A DNA stretch of 64,000 nt, taken from Candidatus Thorarchaeota archaeon (GTDB lineage: Archaea > Asgardarchaeota > Thorarchaeia > Thorarchaeales > Thorarchaeaceae). Below, one piece after another: positions 10,850-21,012 of this stretch (its first letter is position 1; each line of letters begins with the position of its first letter). Under the pieces are notes generated by a model. It was given only the letters and a program-made list of their open reading frames with translations, did not search any database and had not been told where the DNA came from. The stretch lies in assembly GCA_046482545.1 (NCBI GenBank), contig JAWOEX010000022.1, positions 62,613 to 126,612 of the forward strand, given 5' to 3'. Both the position numbers and the translations under genes were made by a program.

Positions 10850-10925
10850 TGGTAGCCCCGCCAGGATTCGAACCTCGGTCTGCGGGACCAAAACCCGCAA
10901 TGCTGGACCACTACACCACGGGGCT
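10850..10925 (-). tRNA. tRNA-Gln(TTG), CCA encoded
   Basis: Cloverleaf AGCCCCG...CGGGGCT-ACCA; anticodon arm GCGGG-TTTTGGT-CCCGC; GTTCGAATC. Confidence 0.95.
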
Positions 10926-11049
10926 GTGATTAACGGCTTTCCCAAGTGGTGGTTTGGGTATGGTTATCCACCATGCTGTGAGTGCAGGAGTATTGACAAT
11001 ATTACTGTTTCTGAATGGCAGGCTTTCAATTCCCTATTTCATAGCACTG

Positions 11050-11370
11050 TTACTCATCCATCTCTAGTCCGAATGGGATGCCATCCGCCAAGATTCTAGT
11101 AGGGATATCCTCCTTCCATTTCTCAAGAAATGTAGTTTCTTCTTTCTTCTGTTTCTTTTCTTTTCGAAGATTATCGGGAAGCATACAGGGTATGCCATCG
11201 ATAACTGGATACCAGCGTTCGCAATTAGGACACGTGATAAGCGCGGCATCGATTTCCTCAACCATCCCATCATCCGTTTGGTGGGTGTGTGATTCGAAAA
11301 CTTCAAGATTAAGACTGCTTCTGCAATCTTCAATGGGACAGACTAGGATTTCCATAAGCCAGCGCTTCAC
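11050..11370 (-). CDS. Trm112-like methyltransferase activator
   Basis: LMEILVCP...C...CPNCERWYPVIDGIPCML. Confidence 0.88.
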   Translation of the reverse strand: MKRWLMEILVCPIEDCRSSLNLEVFESHTHQTDDGMVEEIDAALITCPNCERWYPVIDGIPCMLPDNLRKEKKQKKEETTFLEKWKEDIPTRILADGIPFGLEMDE

Positions 11371-11516
11371 ACATCTTCTCTCCTGTACGAAGCTTTCACG
11401 GTATTACAATTTAAGAATGCTCCTCACCAATAACAGAACAACCTCGTTGAATGGGAAAGCCTATTTGTTGGAATCAACGTGGCGGATTAGGGATGAACCT
11501 CTCTGGAGGAAGTTGA

Positions 11517-12914
11517 ATGAAACATAAGCATCCGTATCTTCCCATAACGGCTGAAAACCAGAAAGAGATGCTCGAGTCTATTGCCGAGAAAAACATTGAG
11601 GGTCTTTTTAGTGATATACCCAAGGAATTCCGTCTTCAAGACAAGCTAGACTTGCCTGATTCACATACTGAAGAAGAAGTAAGCCGGCGATTGAAGGAAC
11701 TTGCTTCTAAGAATATACAAGCGGAACCTAGAAGCAATTTTTTGGGCGGCGGTGTATACATGCATTACATTCCGGCAGCTGTTCCCGCCCTAGCAAAGCG
11801 CTCCGAGTTTGTCACTTCATACACAAGCTACCAATCGGAAATAAGCCAAGGCATGTTGCAAACGCTTTTTGAGTATCAGAGTATGCTCGCAGAGATTTTG
11901 CAGATTGATGTTGTAAACAGCAGTATGTACGATATGGCCAGCGCCTTGGGGGAGGCTGCAAGGATGACATCTCGGATAAAGAAGAAACGAGAGCGTTTTC
12001 TGGTTCCTCAATACATGAATCCTAATCACCTGAGGGTTCTTGAGACGTACGTTGAATCTACGGACATTGAAGTAGAAAAAATCCAACAAGATCCCGAGAG
12101 TGGTCTCTCAATCCTTGATGATCTGAAATCCAGAATTGATGATGATGTAGCTGGAGTGTACATAGAGATTCCATCGTATTTCGGAGTTATTGAGAATCAA
12201 GTAGACGAAATGAGCAACATAGTCCATGAAGCAGGCTCTTTGCTGGTTGCCGGAGTAGACATTCTATCAATGGGCCTCATTCGTCCTCCTGGAGATTATG
12301 ATGCCGACATCGTTATTGCAGAAGGCCAACCCTTGGGATCGCCTGCTTCATATGGCGGTCCATTGTTGGGCATTTTTGGCTGTAAAGGGAAAAGGGGGAT
12401 AATACGCCAGATGCCTGGCCGCCTAGTTGGCCTAACTCGAACAAAGGAACAGCCCTATGAACGAGGGTATGTACTCACACTAGTACCGAGGGAACAACAC
12501 ATCCGTCGAGAAAAAGCAACAAGCAATATATGTTCTAATCAGGCTCTCATGGCTGTGACTGCAGCAGTCTATCTTTCTCTTCTTACGTCCTCCGGTCTAG
12601 AACAAATGAGCGAGACTATTGCATACAATTCAAAGTACGCAGCTGAGAGACTGAATGAACTGGATGGGGTACTCGCTCCGGCTATTGGTTCTTCAATCTG
12701 GAAGGAATTTGTTGTACAATTTGAAGGAGTTACAGCCCAAGGGGTACATCAAGCGTTATTGAGGAAGGGTATTCACGGAGGGAGACAGCTTGCAGAGACT
12801 TTTCCAGAGCTAGGTGAAAACCTCTTGGTCTGCGTTACGGAACTCCATACAAAAGACGACATAGACGAGCTGGTAAGAACAGTTGAAGCGTATGTTGCAG
12901 AGGAGGCTGAGTAA
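11517..12914 (+). CDS. gcvPA: Glycine dehydrogenase (decarboxylating) subunit 1
   Basis: YTSYQSEISQG, NSSMYD, REQHIRREKATSNICSN. Confidence 0.95.
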   Translation: MKHKHPYLPITAENQKEMLESIAEKNIEGLFSDIPKEFRLQDKLDLPDSHTEEEVSRRLKELASKNIQAEPRSNFLGGGVYMHYIPAAVPALAKRSEFVTSYTSYQSEISQGMLQTLFEYQSMLAEILQIDVVNSSMYDMASALGEAARMTSRIKKKRERFLVPQYMNPNHLRVLETYVESTDIEVEKIQQDPESGLSILDDLKSRIDDDVAGVYIEIPSYFGVIENQVDEMSNIVHEAGSLLVAGVDILSMGLIRPPGDYDADIVIAEGQPLGSPASYGGPLLGIFGCKGKRGIIRQMPGRLVGLTRTKEQPYERGYVLTLVPREQHIRREKATSNICSNQALMAVTAAVYLSLLTSSGLEQMSETIAYNSKYAAERLNELDGVLAPAIGSSIWKEFVVQFEGVTAQGVHQALLRKGIHGGRQLAETFPELGENLLVCVTELHTKDDIDELVRTVEAYVAEEAE

Positions 12915-12916
12915 AA

Positions 12917-14479
12917 TTGACGGGTGACGAGAACCGCTACAGGCAAGCGAAATGGGATGTTCCACTTCTTTTCGAGCGATCCAATACCGGGCAAGTTGCC
13001 CATTGGTTCCCCGCTCCAGAAGACGAGATAGTTGAGATGATTGGTTCAGTTGATGGTCTTATTCCTAAGAACATGCGAAGAGATGAGAAACCGGAATTGC
13101 CTGAGATTTCGGAGCCCCAGATAGTGAGGCACTTCACCCGGTTATCACAGATGAATTACTCAGTAACTCAGGGCACATATCCCTTAGGCAGCTGTACTAT
13201 GAAGTACAATCCCGTTGTGAATGATCAATGCGCCTCGCTAGATGGATTTACCGATATTCATCCGCTTCAAAATCTTTCTACAACCCAAGGTGCTTTGGAA
13301 TTAATGTGGGAGCTCGAAAACTGGTTGGGTGAGCTCTCTGGCATGGACGCCGTCACACTACAGCCTGCTGCTGGAGCTCAAGGTGAGTTGACCGGCGTCC
13401 TGCTCATTCGAGAGTACCATCGTTGCGTAACCGAAGAGTGTGAACAGCGGTCTGAAATCCTTATCCCTGATTCTGCCCATGGAACAAATCCAGCTTCGGC
13501 TGCCATGGGCGGGTTTGAAGTAGTGGTACTGCCCTCAAGTGATGAAGGACTTGTAGATACAGATGCATTGCAGGATGCTGTTGGCCCCAAAACAGCGGGC
13601 TTGATGCTAACCAATCCCAATACAATAGGCATCTTTGAAAAGGACATCGAAGAAATTGCAGGCACTGTTCATGATGAAGGGGGATTGCTGTATTATGACG
13701 GTGCTAACCTGAACGCAATCATGGGAATGACCAGACCTGGCGATATGGGATTTGATATTGTCCATATGAACCTCCACAAGACCATGTCTACTCCTCATGG
13801 TGGGGGTGGACCGGGTGCAGGACCGGTTGGAGTAAAGGATAAGCTTGCAGAATTCTTGCCTGTTCCGCGTATCGTGAAAAAGTCAAATGATAGCTTTACT
13901 CTGGATTACGATTACCCTTCATCAATTGGTAAGGTTCACGGATTCTTTGGGAATTTCGGAGTGCTCGTACGATCATATGCATATATCTACGCCCTTGGAG
14001 CTGATGGTTTAAGGGAAGTATCCAAACTTGCTGTTCTAAATGCTAACTACTGTGCTAGGCATATTGAACAGATTAAGGGTTTTAAGCTACCGTACTCACA
14101 GAAAGCCCCTCGAAAACACGAATGTGTCATCTCTGCCCAACAAATGAAGGACGATACTGGCGTCACAGCTATGGATATTGCAAAGCGTCTTCTCGATTTT
14201 GGTATTCATGCCCCTACTGTGTATTTTCCTCAGATTGTTGACGAAGCTCTTATGATTGAGCCGACTGAAACCGAATCGAAAGAAGACCTTGACTCATTCA
14301 TAGCCGCGATGGAGACTATTTCACGAGAAGCGTATGAGACTCCTGAAAAAGTTAAGAATGCTCCGCACTCAACCGCGTTCAGAAGACTCGATGAATACAG
14401 AGCTGCTCATCCAAGAACCCTCACATTATCTTGGAGGATGTACAAGGAACGCATCTCCGAGGAAAATGACGCAAACTGA
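12917..14479 (+). CDS. gcvPB: Glycine dehydrogenase (decarboxylating) subunit 2
   Basis: PLGSCTMKYNP, SAHGTNPAS, NLHKT(PLP Lys)-PHGGGGPG. Confidence 0.95.
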   Translation: MTGDENRYRQAKWDVPLLFERSNTGQVAHWFPAPEDEIVEMIGSVDGLIPKNMRRDEKPELPEISEPQIVRHFTRLSQMNYSVTQGTYPLGSCTMKYNPVVNDQCASLDGFTDIHPLQNLSTTQGALELMWELENWLGELSGMDAVTLQPAAGAQGELTGVLLIREYHRCVTEECEQRSEILIPDSAHGTNPASAAMGGFEVVVLPSSDEGLVDTDALQDAVGPKTAGLMLTNPNTIGIFEKDIEEIAGTVHDEGGLLYYDGANLNAIMGMTRPGDMGFDIVHMNLHKTMSTPHGGGGPGAGPVGVKDKLAEFLPVPRIVKKSNDSFTLDYDYPSSIGKVHGFFGNFGVLVRSYAYIYALGADGLREVSKLAVLNANYCARHIEQIKGFKLPYSQKAPRKHECVISAQQMKDDTGVTAMDIAKRLLDFGIHAPTVYFPQIVDEALMIEPTETESKEDLDSFIAAMETISREAYETPEKVKNAPHSTAFRRLDEYRAAHPRTLTLSWRMYKERISEENDAN

Positions 14480-14524
14480 ATGCTTTATCTGCCCTTTCAG
14501 CAATACAATCTTAGGATGAGATGA

Positions 14525-14911
14525 ATGCAAATGTCTGAACTTAATCTCAGAAAAGAGGCCGGACGCCATACACTCTTTCTCGATTGCAGGAAAATAGGAG
14601 CAGACTATCTGACTACTATATATGGTGGAAACCAACATCATATTGGGGGGATAGCTGTGGCATACCAAACCCAAAGCCACTATCATGAGACCTCAACAAC
14701 GAGCGTCAATACTTTGGCTCTCCCCGGCCACAAGGACTACATTGTTGCAAATTCTGCAGCTGAGAGAATTACCGAATCTTTGCGTGCACCAGTCATTGTA
14801 ACAGCTGGCATCCATTATGACAATGCAACAAAGGCTGAAATCAACCAGATTATCCATGTGGTTGATAATCTGGTGGAAGAAATGATTCGACACTATCAAA
14901 AGGCTGAATAA
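14525..14911 (+). CDS. LpdD-like / PAC-like small protein
   Basis: GG..HIGG, LPGHKD, VTAGIHYDNATKAEI pattern. Confidence 0.55.
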   Translation: MQMSELNLRKEAGRHTLFLDCRKIGADYLTTIYGGNQHHIGGIAVAYQTQSHYHETSTTSVNTLALPGHKDYIVANSAAERITESLRAPVIVTAGIHYDNATKAEINQIIHVVDNLVEEMIRHYQKAE

Positions 14912-14939
14912 CTCATCACGCCAAGCTCTCTCTGATTAT

Positions 14940-15242
14940 ATGCAGGTTCGATTCAAGCCCCTCGGGACCCTCAGAAGAAAAATGGGAAAGAGTGAAGTTA
15001 TTCTAAAATTGGATGAAGGAGCAACCGTTGGAGATGCTTTAGACAAAGTTCTAGAAGAAAGCGACGCGGAAGTACGGAATCTAGTGAAAAATGAGGGAAA
15101 AATCAGAGGCAATCTTATTCTGATGCTCAACAAGACAAGCATGAGCAGCATTCAGGGGGAGAGTACAAAGCTCAGCGACGGAGATGAAATCGTACTGCTA
15201 CCTCACATTCAAGGGGGCGGAGGTGATTACAGCTGGATGTAA
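14940..15242 (+). CDS. MoaD/ThiS/SAMP ubiquitin-like protein with C-terminal extension
   Basis: Beta-grasp pattern, LSDGDEIVLLPHIQGG followed by GGDYSWM. Confidence 0.82.
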   Translation: MQVRFKPLGTLRRKMGKSEVILKLDEGATVGDALDKVLEESDAEVRNLVKNEGKIRGNLILMLNKTSMSSIQGESTKLSDGDEIVLLPHIQGGGGDYSWM

Positions 15243-16528
15243 GCTACTACATCGAGACTTACGGCTGCTCACTCAATGACGCTGATTCGGATATCATGGC
15301 CGGTGTGATTAACAGGGAAGGTGCAGAACAAGTCTTCAATCAAGAAGATGCTGAAGTGATAATCGTCAACACATGTGGAGTTAAGGAACCAACAGAGGAT
15401 CGCATTATTCATCGGCTGAAAGAGCTTTCTCACATAGGCAAACCTGTAATTGTGGCGGGTTGTCTTCCTAAAATCTCACTAGACAGAATCAAGCGAGCCA
15501 TTCCAAATTTTGCAGCAATTCATACTCCACAATCCATCTATTCCATTCCTGCCTCCTTGCGAGCAATTATGGCTGGTGAAAGTGCTATCATCAGGATGAG
15601 TGAACCTGGGGGCGGCCCCAAGATAGACTCATTGAGACCTCCCCCTCACTCCGTTATCTGCACTATCCCCATTTGTGAAGGTTGCCTCGGTAACTGTGCA
15701 TATTGTGCGGTCAGATTTGCCAGAGGCGGAGTTCGTAGCTACAGTATCGACAGAATCATGGAACTGGCAAAACAGTGTATTAAGAGCGGCTATAGCGAGA
15801 TTCGGCTAACCTCTCAAGACTCGGGCGTTTACGGACATGACCGAGGAACAAATCTTCTTCGTCTATTGCAGAAGCTCGATACCTTAAGTGGACATCACCG
15901 TTTCCGAGTAGGGATGTTCAACCCAAATTTGGTCTCGCCCTTCTTGGATGACATGGTGAGAGTGATGGCTTCAAATCATTACTTCAACTTCTTTCATATT
16001 CCCCTCCAATCGGGCAGTAACGATGTACTATCAAAAATGAACCGTCATTATACTGTCGAGGAGTGGGGGAATGCTGTAGAATGTATTCGCAAGACGATTC
16101 CACAGGCAACCATTGCTACTGATGTAATTGCTGGATTTCCTGGTGAAACAGAGAGTGATTTTCATCAGACATTGGCTACCCTCAAGGAATACACACCTAC
16201 TCTAGTTAATATCTCGAAATATGGAGATCGTCCCAATACCGAGGCATCAAAATCCACACACAAAGTAGATACTCAGGTAAAAAAACAGAGAAGCAGAAAG
16301 CTAACGAATCTTGTAATAAAGCTGAACTCCGCTAGTAATCGAAGATGGGTAGATTGGATTGGTCCAGTTCTTGTAACCCAACATGGGTCAAAAGGTGGTC
16401 TGATGGCTCGTAACCCCTCCTATGTACCCGTTATTATACATAATGAGAGTATATCCATAGGCCAAACGGTGAAGGTGAAGATTACCGAAGCTCACAGGAC
16501 ATACCTTTCGGGAACGGTCGTCACCTAG
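15233..16528 (+). CDS. tRNA t6A37 methylthiotransferase (MtaB/CDKAL1-like, MiaB family)
   Basis: In-frame N-terminus YIETYGCSLN lies upstream of the ORF-track start; NTCGVK, AGCL, CLGNCAYC, C-terminal TRAM; CTG start inferred. Confidence 0.88.
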   Translation: MDVSYYIETYGCSLNDADSDIMAGVINREGAEQVFNQEDAEVIIVNTCGVKEPTEDRIIHRLKELSHIGKPVIVAGCLPKISLDRIKRAIPNFAAIHTPQSIYSIPASLRAIMAGESAIIRMSEPGGGPKIDSLRPPPHSVICTIPICEGCLGNCAYCAVRFARGGVRSYSIDRIMELAKQCIKSGYSEIRLTSQDSGVYGHDRGTNLLRLLQKLDTLSGHHRFRVGMFNPNLVSPFLDDMVRVMASNHYFNFFHIPLQSGSNDVLSKMNRHYTVEEWGNAVECIRKTIPQATIATDVIAGFPGETESDFHQTLATLKEYTPTLVNISKYGDRPNTEASKSTHKVDTQVKKQRSRKLTNLVIKLNSASNRRWVDWIGPVLVTQHGSKGGLMARNPSYVPVIIHNESISIGQTVKVKITEAHRTYLSGTVVT

Positions 16529-17519
16529 GCTCAATATTGACATCGACAATATTACCAGTATTTGCACTCTCTCTAGCAGCTTCTACAATTTTGAGGGCTG
16601 CAACTCCATCGTCAAGGCCGACTCGCGGTGCTCTCCCAGTTTCGATACTGTTGAGAAAATCGTTTATGACCTCTTGGACTGGTTCGCCATAGACCTTTAT
16701 TGTTGCTCCCCTTTCTGGTAGATGAATTGTCTGACTATCGGCTGATGGTTCTTGGTCAAGATCCTGTAACTTGATTATTTGACCGAAAAGATCCAGAATC
16801 AGGTTTCCTTTCCCCCCTGAAGCATCCATGCTTCGCCGTCTTCCAGCATACTGACGTGAAAGGTGGAACACATGCTCGGTGCCATTCTCAAATCGTACCA
16901 TAATCGTCGCAGAATTGAACACTCCTTCCTTTTTGTGCCCTTGGGCATATAGTGTTCCCTTGCCGTGACTAATCCGCGCCATTATGTCGAAATCATGCAC
17001 GCCAATATCCTGAAAGACATCCCCAAGTGAAGGAATCCTACTGGTTTGGACATACCCTCTTCGGTCATGAATGATAGTTCTGGGATCACCAATGGTACCA
17101 TTGTTGATTAGATTGAGTGCTCTATCAACCACAGGATTGTAGATTTCGGAATGTGAAACCACCACGCCTATCCCTTTTGCTTTCAGAACACTTGCTACTC
17201 TCTTGGCATCTTCAAGTGTACTCGCAAGCGGCTTTTCAATGAGAAGACCTCTGATAGCATCATATTCTTCAGCAATGGACTGTGCTATCTCAGCATGAGT
17301 AGAGGTTGGTGTTGAAATTATCACTCCGTCGATCTGTTTGCCCTCTATCATTGCTTGATAGCTATCGAACGCGTCGACCCCATATTTGTTGGCAATCAGC
17401 GTTGCCTTTTCTATGTCGATGTCTGCGATTCCGGCGAGGGCGCGCACGTTATGTAGGACTCTTGCATGAATCTGACCCATATTACCGGCGCCGACTATTC
17501 CAATCTGTGGAGCTTTCAT
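16521..17519 (-). CDS. Gfo/Idh/MocA family oxidoreductase
   Basis: GIVGAGNMG, IEKP, DIGVHDFD. Confidence 0.88.
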   Translation of the reverse strand: MKAPQIGIVGAGNMGQIHARVLHNVRALAGIADIDIEKATLIANKYGVDAFDSYQAMIEGKQIDGVIISTPTSTHAEIAQSIAEEYDAIRGLLIEKPLASTLEDAKRVASVLKAKGIGVVVSHSEIYNPVVDRALNLINNGTIGDPRTIIHDRRGYVQTSRIPSLGDVFQDIGVHDFDIMARISHGKGTLYAQGHKKEGVFNSATIMVRFENGTEHVFHLSRQYAGRRRSMDASGGKGNLILDLFGQIIKLQDLDQEPSADSQTIHLPERGATIKVYGEPVQEVINDFLNSIETGRAPRVGLDDGVAALKIVEAARESANTGNIVDVNIEPR

Positions 17520-17618
17520 CTTCCTATACTCCGCTTATGCTGGAGAGCCATGAAAACTCCCTTTATAGCTTGTCATGGTTATGAAACACCTGCTAGGTAA
17601 ACTTCAGTAGAAGTAATA

Positions 17619-17706
17619 TGGTGCGGAGGGCGAGATTTGAACTCGCGAACTCCTACGAGACTAGGCCCTCAACCTAGCACCTTTGGCCTGGCTTGGTAAC
17701 CTCCGC
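17619..17706 (-). tRNA. tRNA-Leu(GAG), CCA encoded
   Basis: GCGGAGG...CCTCCGC-ACCA; CTAGG-TTGAGGG-CCTAG; long variable arm. Confidence 0.95.
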
Positions 17707-17822
17707 ATATACTCTTAGTAGGGTCGCAGGCCTAGCGGGGCAAGTGACACTTTTTACCTTTTCGGGATGACAATAATCTTGAAAAATAGTAACAGGATGA
17801 ATGGGGGAAAAACCCACAAGGA

Positions 17823-17839
17823 GCGAAGAGAACCTTCGC
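17823..17839 (-). terminator. Hairpin downstream of the sORF
   Basis: GCGAAG-N5-CTTCGC stem followed on the minus strand by a T-rich tract. Confidence 0.4.
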
Positions 17840-17879
17840 CTGTACACAACAAACTGGGTTAACCTAACGCCGTGCTCAA

Positions 17880-17960
17880 CTATCTCGTGATAGCTACAAA
17901 CCATTCAAGCGGCGGGAAATCGCGTCTCTTCTTCTGTTTCTTACATTTAGTATCACTCAA
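17880..17960 (-). CDS. Putative 26-aa small protein MSDTKCKKQKKRRDFPPLEWFVAITR
   Basis: Perfect AGGAGGTGA Shine-Dalgarno 6 nt before TTG; downstream hairpin. Confidence 0.5.
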   Translation of the reverse strand: MSDTKCKKQKKRRDFPPLEWFVAITR

Positions 17961-18052
17961 ATTTATTCACCTCCTACTTCTTAATACATGGGGATTTACA
18001 CTGATAATATCTATGAAATGTATATTGGATGATGTATAGAAATAGAAGTTGA

Positions 18053-18158
18053 TGGAGCCCCGGGCGGGAGTTTCGTCCACACGGATACTGTTATGGAATT
18101 CGAACCCGCGGTTTTCTGCTTACGAAGCAGACGCCTTCAACCACTTGGCCACCGAGGC
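18053..18158 (-). tRNA. tRNA-Thr(CGT) with 29-nt intron in the T-loop (59/60; intron 18070-18098)
   Basis: GCCTCGG/CCGGGGC-TCCA; TCTGC-TTCGTAA-GCAGA; strict BHB GGG-TTCG-AAT-TCCA...TGGA-CGAA-ACT-CCC. Confidence 0.92.
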
Positions 18159-18237
18159 CCGTCTAATGGCGACTCTCCTTAGTATGGTTATAAACATTTA
18201 TCATTAGACTTCAGGGAGCCATTCATGGAGTGCAGCG

Positions 18238-19227
18238 ATGGAAAATGAGGATATAGGCGAACGGGAATTCTTGTCAAACATCAAACATCTTGTTCGAAAG
18301 ATACCCGGGTCGCGTCTTGGCTTCGATGATGATGCATCTGATATTCCCTTGAACGAGAAGGAGAGCATAGTCATCAATGTAGACACCTTTGTGACAAGTA
18401 CAGACAAGCTTCCTGGGATGAGCTATGCACAAGCTGGACGAAAAACAGCGGTCATGACACTTAGTGATTTAGCTGCAAAAGGTGCCTCTCCTCAGGGTAT
18501 GCTACTATCAGCATGTATTGGCGAAGATTCCGAGACTGAATCCATTTACGAGTGTATTCGTGGTTTCTCACAGTATTGTCTCAAGTCTGATGTACCATTT
18601 CTTGGAGGTGATTTGGGGCACTCGAAGGAGATTATTCTGACAGGTGTTGGCATTGGAACGGCATCACCAGCAGATATTGTGAAACGACGTGGCGCGCAAC
18701 TAGGGGACATCATTACGGTTACTGATACTTTCGGTCTAAGTTCGGTGGCATTCAAAGTTCTGATTGATGGTTATTCCGCAGAAGAGAACCTGAGGAACAG
18801 AGCCATCAAGGCAGCATACAAACCCAGTATTCATCCGCGTATCATCTCAGAACTATCGAAGGATTCCTTAGTAACCTCTTCAATGGATAGCAGTGATGGT
18901 CTTGGTATCACCTTGAATACCATGGCACAACACAGCGGCAATCTCTTTTTGATAGACCGATTGCCTGTTGCTGCTGGTGTGGAGGGATTCGCTGAGAGCC
19001 ATGACCTTGATGTCATGGAGTTGGTCATGCAAGGCGGAGAAGAATTCAGTTTGGTACTTACAGTCTTACCGGACCAGTGGGATGATGCTGTAGCAATTGC
19101 AGAACGCGAAGGGACAAAACTACTACCTATAGGAAAAGTGAGAGAAGGATCTGGAGTCAGATATATGAGCGATTCCACTGAAACAGTAATTCCAGCAAAG
19201 GGCTATGATGTTCTTAAGAAGGGGTGA
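18238..19227 (+). CDS. thiL: Thiamine-monophosphate kinase
   Basis: GFDDDA, NVDT, LSDLAAKGA, GGD, MDSSDGL, GGEEF. Confidence 0.92.
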   Translation: MENEDIGEREFLSNIKHLVRKIPGSRLGFDDDASDIPLNEKESIVINVDTFVTSTDKLPGMSYAQAGRKTAVMTLSDLAAKGASPQGMLLSACIGEDSETESIYECIRGFSQYCLKSDVPFLGGDLGHSKEIILTGVGIGTASPADIVKRRGAQLGDIITVTDTFGLSSVAFKVLIDGYSAEENLRNRAIKAAYKPSIHPRIISELSKDSLVTSSMDSSDGLGITLNTMAQHSGNLFLIDRLPVAAGVEGFAESHDLDVMELVMQGGEEFSLVLTVLPDQWDDAVAIAEREGTKLLPIGKVREGSGVRYMSDSTETVIPAKGYDVLKKG

Positions 19228-20963
19228 AATGGCTGGAGCGTGTTTTCATCATTGATGGTTATGTCGATGAGCCAACGTGCTTGGGTGTTCCACCCTATCT
19301 GGCTACGTATCCACGATATGTAGCAGGATCAATCTGGACTCGATTACCTCATGCTGAAATTATCTATCAAACAATTGACGCCGTACGGAAGAACCCTGCA
19401 GCGTCTATTGAGGCTTGGACGTCAGCTGACCTTCTTGTTCTCATCGCTGGGATGATAGTTCCAGGCAAGTATCTTGGAGGGAATCCAATCTCGGTACGAG
19501 AAGCTCAAGAAATCTTCTCTGCAGGACTTATATCGAACATAGCGAAGATATTAGTTGGTCCTTGGGCTAGATTTGGATGTGGCCTAGAAGGTGGAAAGCA
19601 GGCCCTCCACCCTGATGTTCTTTCTCCACCATTTGATTCTATTGTTGATGGTGATGCTGGAGCAGTCTTGGATGAGTATCTAACGGAGAATACTCATCCA
19701 AAAGAGCTAGACCCCACTCGAAAGAGAGAGGACTATGAAAAATTTGAAGAATCCGTAATAAGGGGCACACACATCGTAACTCAACATCCCGGTTATCCGC
19801 AGAAACACCTCATATGTGAAATTGAAACATATTCTGGTTGCCCTCGATACCTAAGTGGTGGCTGTTCCTTTTGCGTTGAACCATTGCAAGGATCTCCCAA
19901 GCAACGGTCAGTAGATGCAATACTGCAAGAAATCGAGTCTCTATATCAGCAAGGTATTCGGGCTTTTCGTATAGGCAATCAACCAGACCTCTTCACATAC
20001 GGATCACAGGAAATGTCAGTGGAGGAATTTCCAAAACCTTCCCCAGATACGATTGAACGTCTATTTTCTGGAATCCGTTCAGTAGCACCAACTTTGGAGG
20101 TACTTCATGTGGACAATATCAACCCCGGAACTATAGCTCATCATCCTGAAGAGAGTAGAAGTATCGCAAAGACAATAGTGAAGCATCATACACCAGGGGA
20201 TGTAGCTGCTTTTGGAGTAGAATCATTTGATCCACGGGTGGTCAAGGAAAACAATCTCAAAGCTTCAGGCGATGAGATTATCGAAGCTGTCCGGATACTC
20301 AATGAAGTTGGTGCTAAGCGAATGGGCCGTGGTTTGCCCCATCTTTTGCCCGGAATCAACCTTCTGTATGGACTTCCTGGTGAGAGAACCCAAACAATCG
20401 AGTACAATATGGACTATCTGCTTAGAATCTTACAGGAAGGGCTAGTGCTCCGAAGAATCAATATTCGTCAAGTCATTCAGATTCCTGGCACTCGGGCATC
20501 TGGTATGGATAAAAGCAAACTTGATCAACACGAATTCTACCGTCACAAAAGAAAGGTTCGCGAAAATATTGACCTTCCTATGATAAAGCGTGTTGCTCCA
20601 CAAGGTACAGTTATCCATTCTGCGTTTGTGGAGACTCAACGGGGGAAAAATGTACTATTAAGAACTCTTGGAACTTACCCCTTGTTATGTCATATGCCAA
20701 ATGGAAGACATCATGATACTCGAATGGACCTCGTAGTCGTCGACCATGGTCCGAGAAGCCTAACTGTTCTTCCATACCCTATCAGGCCCGAAAAGATGAG
20801 CCTACGCCAGTGGAGCGCTATTCCCGGCATCGGTACAAAGAGAGCTGCTCGACTCAAGATTGCATCTGGGTCTAAGAACCATTGGGCAATCAGAGAATCT
20901 GTAGATATGGAGATGCCTGTATGGTTGATTGACTCACTCTCAACTGATGCTTGCGAATCTTAA
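19224..20963 (+). CDS. Archaeal radical SAM protein (CX7CX2C) with C-terminal HhH-like motif
   Basis: IIDGYVDEPTCLGVPPY, GCPRYLSGGCSFC, IPGIG. Confidence 0.8.
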   Translation: MKWLERVFIIDGYVDEPTCLGVPPYLATYPRYVAGSIWTRLPHAEIIYQTIDAVRKNPAASIEAWTSADLLVLIAGMIVPGKYLGGNPISVREAQEIFSAGLISNIAKILVGPWARFGCGLEGGKQALHPDVLSPPFDSIVDGDAGAVLDEYLTENTHPKELDPTRKREDYEKFEESVIRGTHIVTQHPGYPQKHLICEIETYSGCPRYLSGGCSFCVEPLQGSPKQRSVDAILQEIESLYQQGIRAFRIGNQPDLFTYGSQEMSVEEFPKPSPDTIERLFSGIRSVAPTLEVLHVDNINPGTIAHHPEESRSIAKTIVKHHTPGDVAAFGVESFDPRVVKENNLKASGDEIIEAVRILNEVGAKRMGRGLPHLLPGINLLYGLPGERTQTIEYNMDYLLRILQEGLVLRRINIRQVIQIPGTRASGMDKSKLDQHEFYRHKRKVRENIDLPMIKRVAPQGTVIHSAFVETQRGKNVLLRTLGTYPLLCHMPNGRHHDTRMDLVVVDHGPRSLTVLPYPIRPEKMSLRQWSAIPGIGTKRAARLKIASGSKNHWAIRESVDMEMPVWLIDSLSTDACES

Positions 20964-21012
20964 AGACGTATAGACTCGGCTACGAAGTAATCAAATCTCG
21001 TTATGATAGAAG

